A DNA stretch of 64,000 nt from Candidatus Oxydemutatoraceae bacterium (GTDB lineage: Bacteria; Pseudomonadota; Gammaproteobacteria; Poriferisulfidales; Oxydemutatoraceae). This document shows, piece after piece, positions 19,102-28,982 of the stretch; positions within the stretch are counted from its first letter, which is position 1, and each line of letters begins with the position of its first letter. The position numbers were made by a program, and so were the translations under genes. The DNA lies in assembly GCA_965220085.1 (NCBI GenBank), contig CBDCOZ010000003.1, forward strand, positions 32,001 through 96,000. Direction: 5' to 3'. The notes under the pieces were generated by a model. It ran no database searches, had not been told where the DNA came from, and saw nothing but the letters and a program-made list of their open reading frames with translations.

Positions 19102-19920
19102 ATGCCAAGAGAAATTACACCGAATAAGATATATCAGATGGACTGCTTCAAATTTTTGGGGCAGATCGACGATAGTGTTGCGGACCTTGCCGTAATTGAT
19201 CCGCCATACAATTTGCGAAAAGCGAACTGGGACACCTTCGAATCAGAAAAAGCGTTTTTCGACTTCACGTATTCTTGGATTGACGAGCTAATTCCCAAAC
19301 TTAAAGATAATGGGAGTTTGTACATATTCAACACTCCGTATAACTCCGCATTTATACTTCAATACCTTGCGAGCAAGGAGCTTCATTTTCAAAATTGGAT
19401 AACTTGGGACAAACGAGACGGAATGGGCGGCGCACGAAGACGCTTTAGTAATGGGCAAGAAACCATCACATTCTTTACAAAAGGCAAAAGGCACACCTTC
19501 AACTATGACGATGTTCGCGTGCCTTATGAATCGACAGAGCGCATTGAGCATGCAAAAAAAAAGGGAATATTGAAAAATGGAAAACGTTGGTTTCCAAATC
19601 CCAAGGGACGACTTTGTGGCGAAGTTTGGCATATGGCAAGCGAGAGACATAGAAATAAAGTAAATGGCAAAGTGCAAAAAGCGGAACACGCCACGCCGAA
19701 GCCATCGGAACTGATAGAAAGAATTATTGCGGCCAGTTCAAATCCGCACGACTTAATTTTGGATTGTTTTGCCGGCGTCGGAACAACGGCAGTCGCTGCA
19801 AAAAGATTGAACAGAAACTTTCTTTGTTGCGATTCGGAAAAGGGGTATGTGGAAATAGCCAGGAAACGGTTGAAAGAAGTTAAATCACATGACCAAAAGA
19901 GCACAAGAAATCTTAAATGA
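19102..19920 (+). CDS. beta-class m6A DNA methyltransferase (M1.MboII-like)
   Basis: IDPPYN, WDKRDGMG, GILKNGKRWFPNP, TPKP; closely recalls M1.MboII (from memory, needs BLAST). Confidence 0.9.
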   Translation: MPREITPNKIYQMDCFKFLGQIDDSVADLAVIDPPYNLRKANWDTFESEKAFFDFTYSWIDELIPKLKDNGSLYIFNTPYNSAFILQYLASKELHFQNWITWDKRDGMGGARRRFSNGQETITFFTKGKRHTFNYDDVRVPYESTERIEHAKKKGILKNGKRWFPNPKGRLCGEVWHMASERHRNKVNGKVQKAEHATPKPSELIERIIAASSNPHDLILDCFAGVGTTAVAAKRLNRNFLCCDSEKGYVEIARKRLKEVKSHDQKSTRNLK

Positions 19921-21130
19921 AATACTTGCAATAGATAAAAGTAACCTTTTCTTGAAGTACATAGTAAGACGACTTCGCAGTAAAGAATATCGAGGCTGGC
20001 ATGTTTCACAACACAACAGATATGATCTGCATCATATTAAATCTATTTTGCGGAAAATTCATGCGGTAGCCAAACTGGAACAGTTTGCGATACCTCCGGG
20101 CGATTATCAACGAGATACCATTTTGCCCGATGATTTCCGAAAATATCAAACAATCGTCAAGAGAATCAATGCCGAAGCAGGGCGTGGCACAATCAACTCT
20201 CTAAAAAAGAATTTCTTCCCTGACTTAGAAAATATGGGGTTTTTGTCAAGAGAGAAATTTAAGCTTTGTGAGAAAGGCAGGCCGGTTCTTCATGGCAAAC
20301 TAACGTCACATGCGGTTGAGTTTATAACCGATACTGAGGTTATAACTAGCTACAAGAAATTTACCGACGGTATAGACAGATTGTTCGGGAACAAAATTTC
20401 TCAATTAGCGGAAACGATACACCATAGCGACTATTCGGGTGACAAACTTAGCATCTATGAGTTTATGTTCATTTTGTCTGACAGCGATGGAACTTTGGAT
20501 AAAATAGGACTCCTTGACTCGTGCCGCAGTTTGCCAAAGCACAACCGTAAAAAAGTAATTGAATTAGCGCGGGAATATGCCGATCCCCGCAATTTTGAGG
20601 GAGACAAAACTGCTAAGCGAGATTTTCATAATTGGAAGAATCAAGCGCAACAGATAATGAGGCTATTGAAAACTACCGTTTATTTTGAAGTTGATAAGGA
20701 CTGCTTCCGTCTCAATGTCGGAGACACCGGATTCTTCTTTCGAGAAAATACTCAAAGAAAGTCCGCCCCAAAACGCAAATATTTCGAATTTCACGAAGTC
20801 AAAAAGAAAGATGGGTTTGAACTTCATCATATTGTGCCAATCTCGTCAGCCAGAAACAAAAAGGAAGCACGAATCATTGATCACTACAGAAACTTGATAT
20901 ATATACACCGAAAGAAACATAAGATAATCTCAAAAAATAGGAATAAAAATGTCGTTTTGACTATCGGCCCGGATAAAGCCCTCTTCGCGGACTTTGATAA
21001 TAGAAGATGTGTAAAGGCTATAAACAATCAAGATGCGCTTTATGCGAAAGAACAAAACAAGGTTAAGAAAATAGCGACTTACAATGTAAAGTTGCTGAAG
21101 TCAATTTTTGAATTTGAGCGCTCCCAATAG
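19889..21130 (+). CDS. type IIS restriction endonuclease, MboII-like, C-terminal HNH
   Basis: ELHHIVP...NLIYI...H; 413 aa; follows two MTases. Confidence 0.8.
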   Translation: MTKRAQEILNEILAIDKSNLFLKYIVRRLRSKEYRGWHVSQHNRYDLHHIKSILRKIHAVAKLEQFAIPPGDYQRDTILPDDFRKYQTIVKRINAEAGRGTINSLKKNFFPDLENMGFLSREKFKLCEKGRPVLHGKLTSHAVEFITDTEVITSYKKFTDGIDRLFGNKISQLAETIHHSDYSGDKLSIYEFMFILSDSDGTLDKIGLLDSCRSLPKHNRKKVIELAREYADPRNFEGDKTAKRDFHNWKNQAQQIMRLLKTTVYFEVDKDCFRLNVGDTGFFFRENTQRKSAPKRKYFEFHEVKKKDGFELHHIVPISSARNKKEARIIDHYRNLIYIHRKKHKIISKNRNKNVVLTIGPDKALFADFDNRRCVKAINNQDALYAKEQNKVKKIATYNVKLLKSIFEFERSQ

Positions 21131-21172
21131 CCAGCGCAAAAGCCTTCGCCCTAAAACAAAAAGCGCTATCAG

Positions 21173-21362
21173 ACCGCCTGTGAGTACGGGCCGATAGCGT
21201 CCGGCGCGTTGTTTGTTTGAATAGGTTCTTTGGACATGTTTTCCTCCTTCTAATGTGCGCTGTCGGCCTTTAAGCCGACTCTATAAACTTCTGTGTTGGC
21301 GACATTCTTTGTTATGCCGCGCATAATATTATTCAATACCTTTTTGCTTTTAACGCCGATAA
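21173..21362. repeat. 190-bp direct repeat, right copy
   Basis: see 17667-17856. Confidence 0.95.
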
Positions 21363-23442
21363 CAAAATTGATTGCCGCAACATCCACACTCTGTTCCTCA
21401 AACGAAATATGCTCTATGTTTGAACCCATGCGCGCAATCTCGGATGCAATCAATGCCAGCGCCCCTTTCTTATGCGGGGTTACGGCCCGAATCGCCGCCG
21501 AGTATTCTTCGTGCTGCGGCAAGTCGTCCGACCACTGCAAGTGGATAATATCGCTTTCGGCTTTTGCCGCCGAGTGAACATTCTGACACGCATCGCGGTG
21601 CACGACCAGCCCCCGTCCCGGGCTTACCACCGCAACGATCGGATCGCCCGGCAGCGGGTAGCAACATTTCGCATACGTGATAACGATGCCGTGCGCATTC
21701 TTAATCCCCGAAGACTGATCTATCGTCAGGGTCAGCAACTCCCCGTCCTTGTCGGGCTCAAGCAAGCGCGCCGCAATCAGTTGCGGAATCTGGTTGCCGA
21801 TTCCGATCTGATAAAACAAGCCCGCCAAATCCCGCTCGCCGGCAAGCCGAATAAGCTGTCGCAGATACGCGGGCTTCACTTTGTCAACGGACATATTGTG
21901 CTTGTCAAGCGCGCTTTCCAACAGGCGCTTACCGAGCTTTACCGCTTCGTCCTGCCGGATGTTTTTGAGATAGTGGTGGATGGCATTGCGCGCCTTGGCG
22001 GTCACCGTAAAACTCAGCCACGCCGGGCCGGGGCACACATCTTTTGACGTCAAAACTTCCACTGTTTGCCCGCTTCGCAACACCGTGCTCAGCGGCCTTG
22101 GGCGATGATTGACCAGACCGGTCTTTGCCGACAAACCCAAATCGGTATGCACCGCAAAAGCAAAATCCAACAAGGTCGCTTTTGCCGGCAACGATACGAT
22201 TCTGCCTTCCGGCGTGAACACATAGACCTCCTCCGGTCGCAACTCGGCTTTGAGACTCTCCATGAAGCCGACCGCATCGCCGGCATCGGGACTCAATGCG
22301 CTCAAACTCTTCAGCCATTCGTGTGTTGCCACCGTGCCGGGCATAGCGTTGTCATCATCGGCCTTGTACAGAGGATGCGATGCGATGCCGGCTTCGGCTA
22401 TGCGGTCCATCTCGTGCGTGCGTATCTGCACCTCCATCGTCATCCCCTGATAGCCGAATAAGACGGTGTGCAAGGACTGATAGCCGTTGGCTTTGGGCAG
22501 CGCGATGTAGTCTTTGAAACGGCCCGGCACCGGTTTGGCAAAGTTATGCATGACGCCCAAGGCGCGATAGCAGTCATCCACGCTGTTGACGATCAAACGA
22601 AACGCAAAAATGTCCGCCACCTTGGACAGCGGCAATTGCTTCGCCTTCATCTTGTGGTAAATGCTGTACAGGTGCTTCTTGCGTCCCCGTATCTGGCAAT
22701 CAAACCCGGCCTTTTCAAAGTGCAACCGAATCTTTTCGCATATCGCCTCAAACTGCTTGTCGCGCTTCCCCGCATGGCGCTCTATTTCCTTTTTCAGTAT
22801 CGCATACCGCAACGGATACAACGTCTTGAAAGCCAATTCTTCCAACTCAACATGCAAGCGCTCAATGCCGATGCGGTGTGCCAGCGGCGCGTATATCTCC
22901 AGCGTCTCGCGGGCAATCATTTTCTGCTTGGCCGACGGCATGTGTTCTATCGTGCGCATGTTGTGAAGACGGTCCGCCAACTTGACCAAGATAACCCGCA
23001 CATCCTTGGCAACGGCAAGAATCATTTTCTGAAAGTTTTTCGCTTGCTTGGCTTCTCTGGACTCAAACGACAACCCTTCCAGCTTGCTGACCCCGTCGAC
23101 GACTCCGGCAACCTCATCGCCGAACTCTTTCTCAAGTTGCTCCTTGGTGACGCTGGTGTCTTCAATCACATCGTGGAGCAAACCGGCGGAGATGGTGACC
23201 GCATCCAACTGCAAGTCGGCCATCGTGCGGGCTACTTCGACGGGGTGGTAGATATAGGGTTCTCCCGAGCGGCGTTTCTGATTAAGGTGGGCATCCGCGC
23301 CGAACAGATATGCTTGGTATACCCCCGATACTTCGCGCTCGGTCAAGTAGCCTCTCAGCACCTGACACAAGTCGGAAACTAAAAAGTGGTTTTCTTTGTT
23401 TTGTGGGTGTGGGGTGTGATTGCCTTGGTTGCTTCTCACCAT
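21250..23442 (-). CDS. spoT: bifunctional (p)ppGpp synthetase/hydrolase SpoT
   Basis: HD motif LHDVIEDT, KLADRLHNMRT, YQSLHT, EVQIRT, TGS and ACT domains. Confidence 0.97.
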   Translation of the reverse strand: MVRSNQGNHTPHPQNKENHFLVSDLCQVLRGYLTEREVSGVYQAYLFGADAHLNQKRRSGEPYIYHPVEVARTMADLQLDAVTISAGLLHDVIEDTSVTKEQLEKEFGDEVAGVVDGVSKLEGLSFESREAKQAKNFQKMILAVAKDVRVILVKLADRLHNMRTIEHMPSAKQKMIARETLEIYAPLAHRIGIERLHVELEELAFKTLYPLRYAILKKEIERHAGKRDKQFEAICEKIRLHFEKAGFDCQIRGRKKHLYSIYHKMKAKQLPLSKVADIFAFRLIVNSVDDCYRALGVMHNFAKPVPGRFKDYIALPKANGYQSLHTVLFGYQGMTMEVQIRTHEMDRIAEAGIASHPLYKADDDNAMPGTVATHEWLKSLSALSPDAGDAVGFMESLKAELRPEEVYVFTPEGRIVSLPAKATLLDFAFAVHTDLGLSAKTGLVNHRPRPLSTVLRSGQTVEVLTSKDVCPGPAWLSFTVTAKARNAIHHYLKNIRQDEAVKLGKRLLESALDKHNMSVDKVKPAYLRQLIRLAGERDLAGLFYQIGIGNQIPQLIAARLLEPDKDGELLTLTIDQSSGIKNAHGIVITYAKCCYPLPGDPIVAVVSPGRGLVVHRDACQNVHSAAKAESDIIHLQWSDDLPQHEEYSAAIRAVTPHKKGALALIASEIARMGSNIEHISFEEQSVDVAAINFVIGVKSKKVLNNIMRGITKNVANTEVYRVGLKADSAH

Positions 23443-23461
23443 ACTAGCAGGCAGCGGCTAC

Positions 23462-24100
23462 TCACTCTTTGTCTTGCGATGTCGGCGGCTGTTGTTCTGG
23501 TTCTGATGCCGCAGGCGGTTGCGTCTGTTGTTCTTGTTCCGATGCCGCAGGCGGTTGTGCCGGTTGTTCTTGCTCTGATGCCGCAGGCGGTTGTGCCGGT
23601 TGGTCTGGTTCTGATGCCACAGGCGATTGCGCCGGTTGCTCTTGTTCCGCTGCCGCAGGCGATTGCGCCGGTTGCTCTTGTTCCGCTGCCGCAGGCGATT
23701 GCGCCAGTTGTGCTATTTGCGAGGCCGCAAATTGCTGTATCTGCTGCTCTTCTTCGGGCTCTATAATCCTTTCGTCCGGCTCGTCTCTTTCGTTCATGTC
23801 ATTGTATTGCTCAACATCGGCGACCATATCCCCGATATCCTCGTTTGCAATCGTAATATTGCGATGGGGAACCGGCTGATTAATCGACATCAACTCCTCA
23901 AGCGATTCATCCAGAACACTTTCGTCTATCGCGCGTTGTGCCAACTCACGCAAGGCAACAACCGAATTTTTATCTTCATTGCGATCAATCTTTGGCGCCT
24001 TGCCCAAATCCAATTGACGCGCGCGCCTGCTCGCAATCTGAGCAACCCTGAAATGGTTGCCCACAATCGCCATACAATCTTCTATTGTCACTCTTGCCAT
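23462..24100 (-). CDS. rpoZ: RNA polymerase omega subunit with a long acidic repeat extension
   Basis: MARVTIEDC...RRARQL...VALRE; directly upstream of spoT. Confidence 0.93.
   Translation of the reverse strand: MARVTIEDCMAIVGNHFRVAQIASRRARQLDLGKAPKIDRNEDKNSVVALRELAQRAIDESVLDESLEELMSINQPVPHRNITIANEDIGDMVADVEQYNDMNERDEPDERIIEPEEEQQIQQFAASQIAQLAQSPAAAEQEQPAQSPAAAEQEQPAQSPVASEPDQPAQPPAASEQEQPAQPPAASEQEQQTQPPAASEPEQQPPTSQDKE
23489..23704 (-). repeat. six 36-bp tandem repeats (AQSPAAAEQEQP-like) in rpoZ
   Basis: 12-aa unit repeated six times. Confidence 0.9.
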
Positions 24101-24456
24101 TTTTATCTCCGAAGTCCTGAGTAAGCCCGCCGACAGTATCCGGCGGGTCGGGTAGTATAGCGCTTATTCTTGGGCGAGTGTCTTTTGTGCCTTTTCAGAC
24201 TTATTAGAATGTCCGCTACGGGCGCGGGAGATATGCCTTGCGGGACTGGCGAGGGGAGAGTAAAATCCATCACCAGAGGAAAGCAGATTATGCCCGACAC
24301 CCCAAAAAATTGCCGCAACACACAAAAGCAAAGCAAAGCCGTGCGCAAGAACCGGCAAGATGGCGTTGCCGGACTACATGGGCGGAAGGCTTGGACAACG
24401 GCTTGCTTTGATGAGAAAATCCGTGCCGACGGGGAACAAAAGCATCCGCCGTCAGA

Positions 24457-27123
24457 GTGAAAATGAATGACGCTAAGAAAATCCGTACGAACGGGAAACA
24501 AAAAGCTCCGCCGTATTTTGACGGGGGAGACCGCAACGGTGCGTCGGAACACTACGAGGAAGCGCTCTCATCTTACGACAAGGCCATTGCGTTGAATCCG
24601 GATGATGCGGTAGCACATGACAATCGGGGGTTTGCCCTGACTCATTTAAATCGTCACGAGGAGGCGCTTGCGTCTTACGACAGGCTTATTGAGTTATATC
24701 CGGATAATGCGATAGCGCATGGCAATCGGGGGTTTGCCCTGACTCATTTAAATCGTCACGAGGAGGCGCTCGTATCTTACGACAAAGCCATTGCGTTGAA
24801 TCCGGATGTTGCGGCAGCGCATAACAATCGGGGGTTTGCCCTGGCTCATTTAGATCGTTACGAGGAGGCGCTTGCGGCTTATGACAAGGCCATTAAATTG
24901 GATCCGGATGATGCGACAGCGCATAGCAACCGAGGGCTTGATCTGGCTCATTTGGATCGTCACGAGGAGGCGCTTGAATCTTACGACAAAGCCATTGCGT
25001 TGAATCCGGATGATGCGCAGACACATAGCAATCGGGGGATTACTCTGAATTATTTGGATCGTCACGAGGAGGCGCTGGCAGCTTTTGACAGGGCTATTGA
25101 ATTGAATCCAAAACATACGCCGGCACACAATAGTCGGGGAAATGCCCTGTGTGGCTTGGGTCGCCATAAAGAAGCGCTGGCAGCTTACGACAAGGCCATT
25201 AAGTTAAATCCGGATGATGCGCAGGCGCATAATAATCGGGGGATTGTCCTGCGTGATTTAGGTCGTGACAAGGAGGCGCTGGCGGCTTACGACAAGGCCA
25301 TTAAGTTGGATCCAGATGATGCGGAGGCATATAATAATCGGGGGATTGTCCTGCGTGATTTGGGTCGCTATCAGGAAGCGCTGGTCGCTTACAACAAAGC
25401 TATTAAGTTGGATCCGGATGATGCGGAGGCGCATAATAATCGGGGGATTACCCTGCGTGATTTGGGTCGTTACGAGGAGGCGCTGGCAGCTTCCGAAAAG
25501 GCTCTTGCGTTGAATCCCGAATATGCGGCAGCACATAGCAGTCGAGGGATTGCCCTGACTCATTTAAATCGCTGCGAGGAGGCGCTGGCAGCTTACGACA
25601 AGGCCATTGCGTTGGATCCGGATGATGCGGAGGCGCATAATAATCGAGGGATTACCCTGCGTGGTTTGGGTCGTCACAAGGAAGCGCTCGCAGATTACAA
25701 CAAGGCTATTGCGTTAGAGCCGGATGATGCGGCAGCACATAACAATCGGGGGACTGCCCTGGCTCATTTAAATCGTTACGAGGAGGCGCTCGCGGCTTTC
25801 GACCGGGCTCTTGAGTTACATCCGCATGATGCGCAGGCGCATAACAATCGGGGGATTGCCCTGCGTGATTTGGGTCGCTATCAGGAAGCGCTGGTCGCTT
25901 ACAACAAAGCCATTAAGTTGGATCCGGATGATGCGCAGGCGCATAATAATCGGGGAAATGTCCTGCGTGGTTTGGGTCGCTATCAGGAAGCGCTGGCAGA
26001 TTACAACAAGGCCATTAAGTTGAATCCGGATGATGCGCAGGCATATTTGCATCGGGGGGGTATCCTGTGTGATTTGGATTGTCATGAGGAGGCGCTTGCA
26101 TCTTACGACAAGGCCATCGCGTTGAATCCGGATGATGCGCAGGCGCATAGCGATCGAGGGAGCGCCTTGTGTGATTTGGGGCGTCATGAGGAGGCGCTCG
26201 CGGCTTTCGACCGGACTCTTGAGTTAGATTCGGATGATGCGGAGGCATATCTTTATCGGGGGGTTGCCCTGTGCGGTTTGAAGCGTCTTGAGGAAGCGCT
26301 TGCGGCTTTCGACCGGACTCTTGAGTTAGATCCGTATGATGCGGAGGCATATTTTTATCGGGGGAATGTCCTATATGATTTGGGGCGTCATGAGGAGGCG
26401 CCCGCGGCTTTCGGCAAGGCTGCTGAGTTAGATCCGTATGATGCGAGGACCTATGTTCATTGGGGGGTCGCCCTGTGCGGTTTGGATCGTCATGAGGAAG
26501 CGCTCGCGGCTTACGACAAGGCTCTTGAGTTAGATCCGTATGATGCGAGGACCTATTTTCATCGGGGGGTCGCCCTGTGTGGTTTGGATCGTTTTGAGGA
26601 GGCGCTCGCGGCTTACGACAAGGCTCTTAAGTTAGCTCCGGATGATGCGGAGGCATGTTTTTATCGGGGGCTTGTCCTATCTGATTTGAATCGTCTTGAG
26701 GAGGCGCTCGCAGCTTTCGGCAGAGTTATTGAGTTAGATCCGGATGATGCGGAGGCGCATAATCAAAGAGGAGATGTCCTGCATGATTTGGGGCGTCATG
26801 AGGAGGCGCTCGCGGCTTTGGGCAAGGTTATTGAGTTAGAGCCGGATGATGCGAGGACCTATTTTCATCGGGGGAGTATCCTGACTGATTTAGGCCGTCA
26901 CGAAGAGGCGCTCGCGGCTTTCGACAAGGCTCTTGAGTTATATCCGGATAATGAGAGGGCGCATAATAAGCGAGGAGATGCCCTGCGTGATTTGGGGCGT
27001 CTCAAAGAAGCATGCGCCGCCTGGGAAGAGGCCAAACGGCTGGCCGGGCTTGCGGGCGACTCCAAGGTTGCGGGAGAAGCGTCTCACAAACTTGGCAAGT
27101 TTTGCGATGACAATGGCGCATGA
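24457..27123 (+). CDS. tetratricopeptide repeat protein (~24 TPRs)
   Basis: 34-aa/102-bp unit A.AH.NRG..L..LGR.EEALAAYDKA..L.P.D across nearly the whole length. Confidence 0.93.
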   Translation: MKMNDAKKIRTNGKQKAPPYFDGGDRNGASEHYEEALSSYDKAIALNPDDAVAHDNRGFALTHLNRHEEALASYDRLIELYPDNAIAHGNRGFALTHLNRHEEALVSYDKAIALNPDVAAAHNNRGFALAHLDRYEEALAAYDKAIKLDPDDATAHSNRGLDLAHLDRHEEALESYDKAIALNPDDAQTHSNRGITLNYLDRHEEALAAFDRAIELNPKHTPAHNSRGNALCGLGRHKEALAAYDKAIKLNPDDAQAHNNRGIVLRDLGRDKEALAAYDKAIKLDPDDAEAYNNRGIVLRDLGRYQEALVAYNKAIKLDPDDAEAHNNRGITLRDLGRYEEALAASEKALALNPEYAAAHSSRGIALTHLNRCEEALAAYDKAIALDPDDAEAHNNRGITLRGLGRHKEALADYNKAIALEPDDAAAHNNRGTALAHLNRYEEALAAFDRALELHPHDAQAHNNRGIALRDLGRYQEALVAYNKAIKLDPDDAQAHNNRGNVLRGLGRYQEALADYNKAIKLNPDDAQAYLHRGGILCDLDCHEEALASYDKAIALNPDDAQAHSDRGSALCDLGRHEEALAAFDRTLELDSDDAEAYLYRGVALCGLKRLEEALAAFDRTLELDPYDAEAYFYRGNVLYDLGRHEEAPAAFGKAAELDPYDARTYVHWGVALCGLDRHEEALAAYDKALELDPYDARTYFHRGVALCGLDRFEEALAAYDKALKLAPDDAEACFYRGLVLSDLNRLEEALAAFGRVIELDPDDAEAHNQRGDVLHDLGRHEEALAALGKVIELEPDDARTYFHRGSILTDLGRHEEALAAFDKALELYPDNERAHNKRGDALRDLGRLKEACAAWEEAKRLAGLAGDSKVAGEASHKLGKFCDDNGA

Positions 27124-27342
27124 TGCCAATCCCGTCGGCGGAGTAAAGCCGACCGCCCCCGACCGCCCCCGACCATCGCTTGCGGAGTCGCAACGAAGGC
27201 AAATGTTAAACGCATCGTTTGACGAAGCGGACAAGGCGTCGCACCGCTGATCTGACTTGCAATTGCGCCGGCGCGGGCATGTCGCAAGCGGGTTTTCGCA
27301 GACGCTGCCATGGCGCCCGTCACCGATTGCGGGTGACTCGCG

Positions 27343-28946
27343 CTATCGCAACGGACCTTCCAGGAAGAGGCGCAGGCGCAAGCGCAGGCTGTCCGGGAGA
27401 TTCACCAGATCTATGGTGAGGGTGGAATCGGCGGCGGCCTCGTTGGCGCTGCCGGCAACCGAAGTGCAAAACCCCCGGGGGTCGCATGCTCTGACCACGG
27501 CGCTGACATCGCCGGTATCCCGCACCCGGTATCCGAATGTCGCATAGCCTGTGGTGGCGGTGGCGCCGTCAGCCGGATAGTACGCCAAGTTGTTCAGTTG
27601 GCCCAGGGTCAGCTCGGTGCCGACGGCTATGGCGGTATCGGCATCGTCCGCCAGCGCCAGAGTGCCGGTCGTGGGCAGGGCGGTTATGCGGATGCCGTTG
27701 ATGGTGTCGCCGCCTTCATCAGCAAAAGGGAAGTCCCCCTTGGCAAAGCGGTGCGGCTCGGCGGAGCTGGCGGTTATCGGCACCCCGACAGTGCTGGGGC
27801 CGCCAATGGGCTGGTCACTGACATGAGACACTGCGGCCCTGAAGGTCAGCGTGTCGGTCTCCCCGTCCGCATCGGTGGCGGTATAGGTGTATTGGGTCAT
27901 GGCGGATACCGCCGTGGGCATGCCGCTGATGGCGGCGGTGACGGCATCAAAGCTCAGGCCCGCAGGCAGGGCCGGGCTTATGCTGTAGGCGGTGTTATTG
28001 CCTCCGGTGGCCCGGGGCAATACCAGAATTGAGGGCCATGCGGTCAGCCAAAGTTGGTCGGTCACTGATGCATCGCCAAAATCGGGCGCGCTGTTTGCCA
28101 CCAGGTTGATGGTCATGGCGGCGGCAGGACCAGCGCCATAACCGGTAACAAACACTTCGAAATTAAAGATGTCGTAACCAGTGCCTACAGTGGCATTGGC
28201 AGGGGGTGTGTATGTGAATCCATTTGCACTAATGAATTCGCTTGCGAACACAGATGCAGGAGCTCCCGTAGGCACCAATCCGCTGATTGTAAGAGTGCCA
28301 TTGGCGGGCAACCTCGTCATGAGCACAGTAACTGGAGATGGATAATCATCACCCCCCTCGTCTTCATGACGAAAATCGCTGAGGCGAAAGCGGGATATGC
28401 GGCCAACAGGGAAGTCGACACTGCTGGGCAGGGGGTTGACATCATTGAAGTTGGTCACCGCCGCAACGGAGGTCCAGCAACGGGTCTCTTCGTTGCTTTT
28501 GTCATCGTCAAAGGTGGCACAGACGCGGACAAACTTGCCCACATGCTCCTGCAGGGGGATGAATTCGGCGGCGGTGGCCCCGGCTATGGCGGAGTAGGCA
28601 CTGTCCATGGGGGTGCCGCTGGCCGGGGCATCGGCCTCATACCAGGCCCAGGTGGGCGTGAATGTGGTTATGCCATCGTCATCATCTATGGTGCCCTGGG
28701 CTGCGGTGAGTACTCTGTCCTCATTCGGGCCGACCATGGTCAGGTCGGCGCTGTCGGCCGCCGTGACCGCCGGTGCGCCAGTGGCATTCTGCGCCTGGGC
28801 CTGCGCACAGACAACAAACAAGGCCGGCAGAACCAGCGACCAGAAGCTACGCCGGGTTAGCGTTGCCCGCCAATGCGTACGCGGGAAGGGGGGGGGGGGG
28901 TAGAAGTATTAAAGATTTTTTGTTTCATGCTATTTTTTAGGTTCAT
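27343..28946 (-). CDS. exported Ig/cadherin-like protein with LRLRLRLFLEGPLR tail; frameshifted at a poly-C tract (phase-OFF), main ORF 28821-27343
   Basis: AGGAG RBS, ATG 28946/28928 (MKQKIFNTSTPPP), C13; the shifted frame reads FPRTHWRATLTRRSFWSLVLPALFVVCAQAQA-QNATG; contains a putative-Ig LPAGLSFD module. Confidence 0.82.
28888..28900 (-). repeat. poly-G/C tract (13 nt), putative phase-variation switch
   Basis: 11 or 14 nt restores the frame. Confidence 0.85.
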
Positions 28947-28982
28947 GGTTTTACTCCTGATAGATGTGGCTGTGCGAGCAGT

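Noticed and set aside
22468-23382. Long antisense ORFs over spoT, recG, res, E1, argS and the adhesin genes
   Set aside because: Shadow ORFs of GC-rich coding strands with no recognisable motifs.
24457-27123. Diversity-generating retroelement target/template repeats
   Set aside because: No reverse transcriptase in the window, and differences between repeats are not evidently adenine-specific; ordinary TPR repeats.
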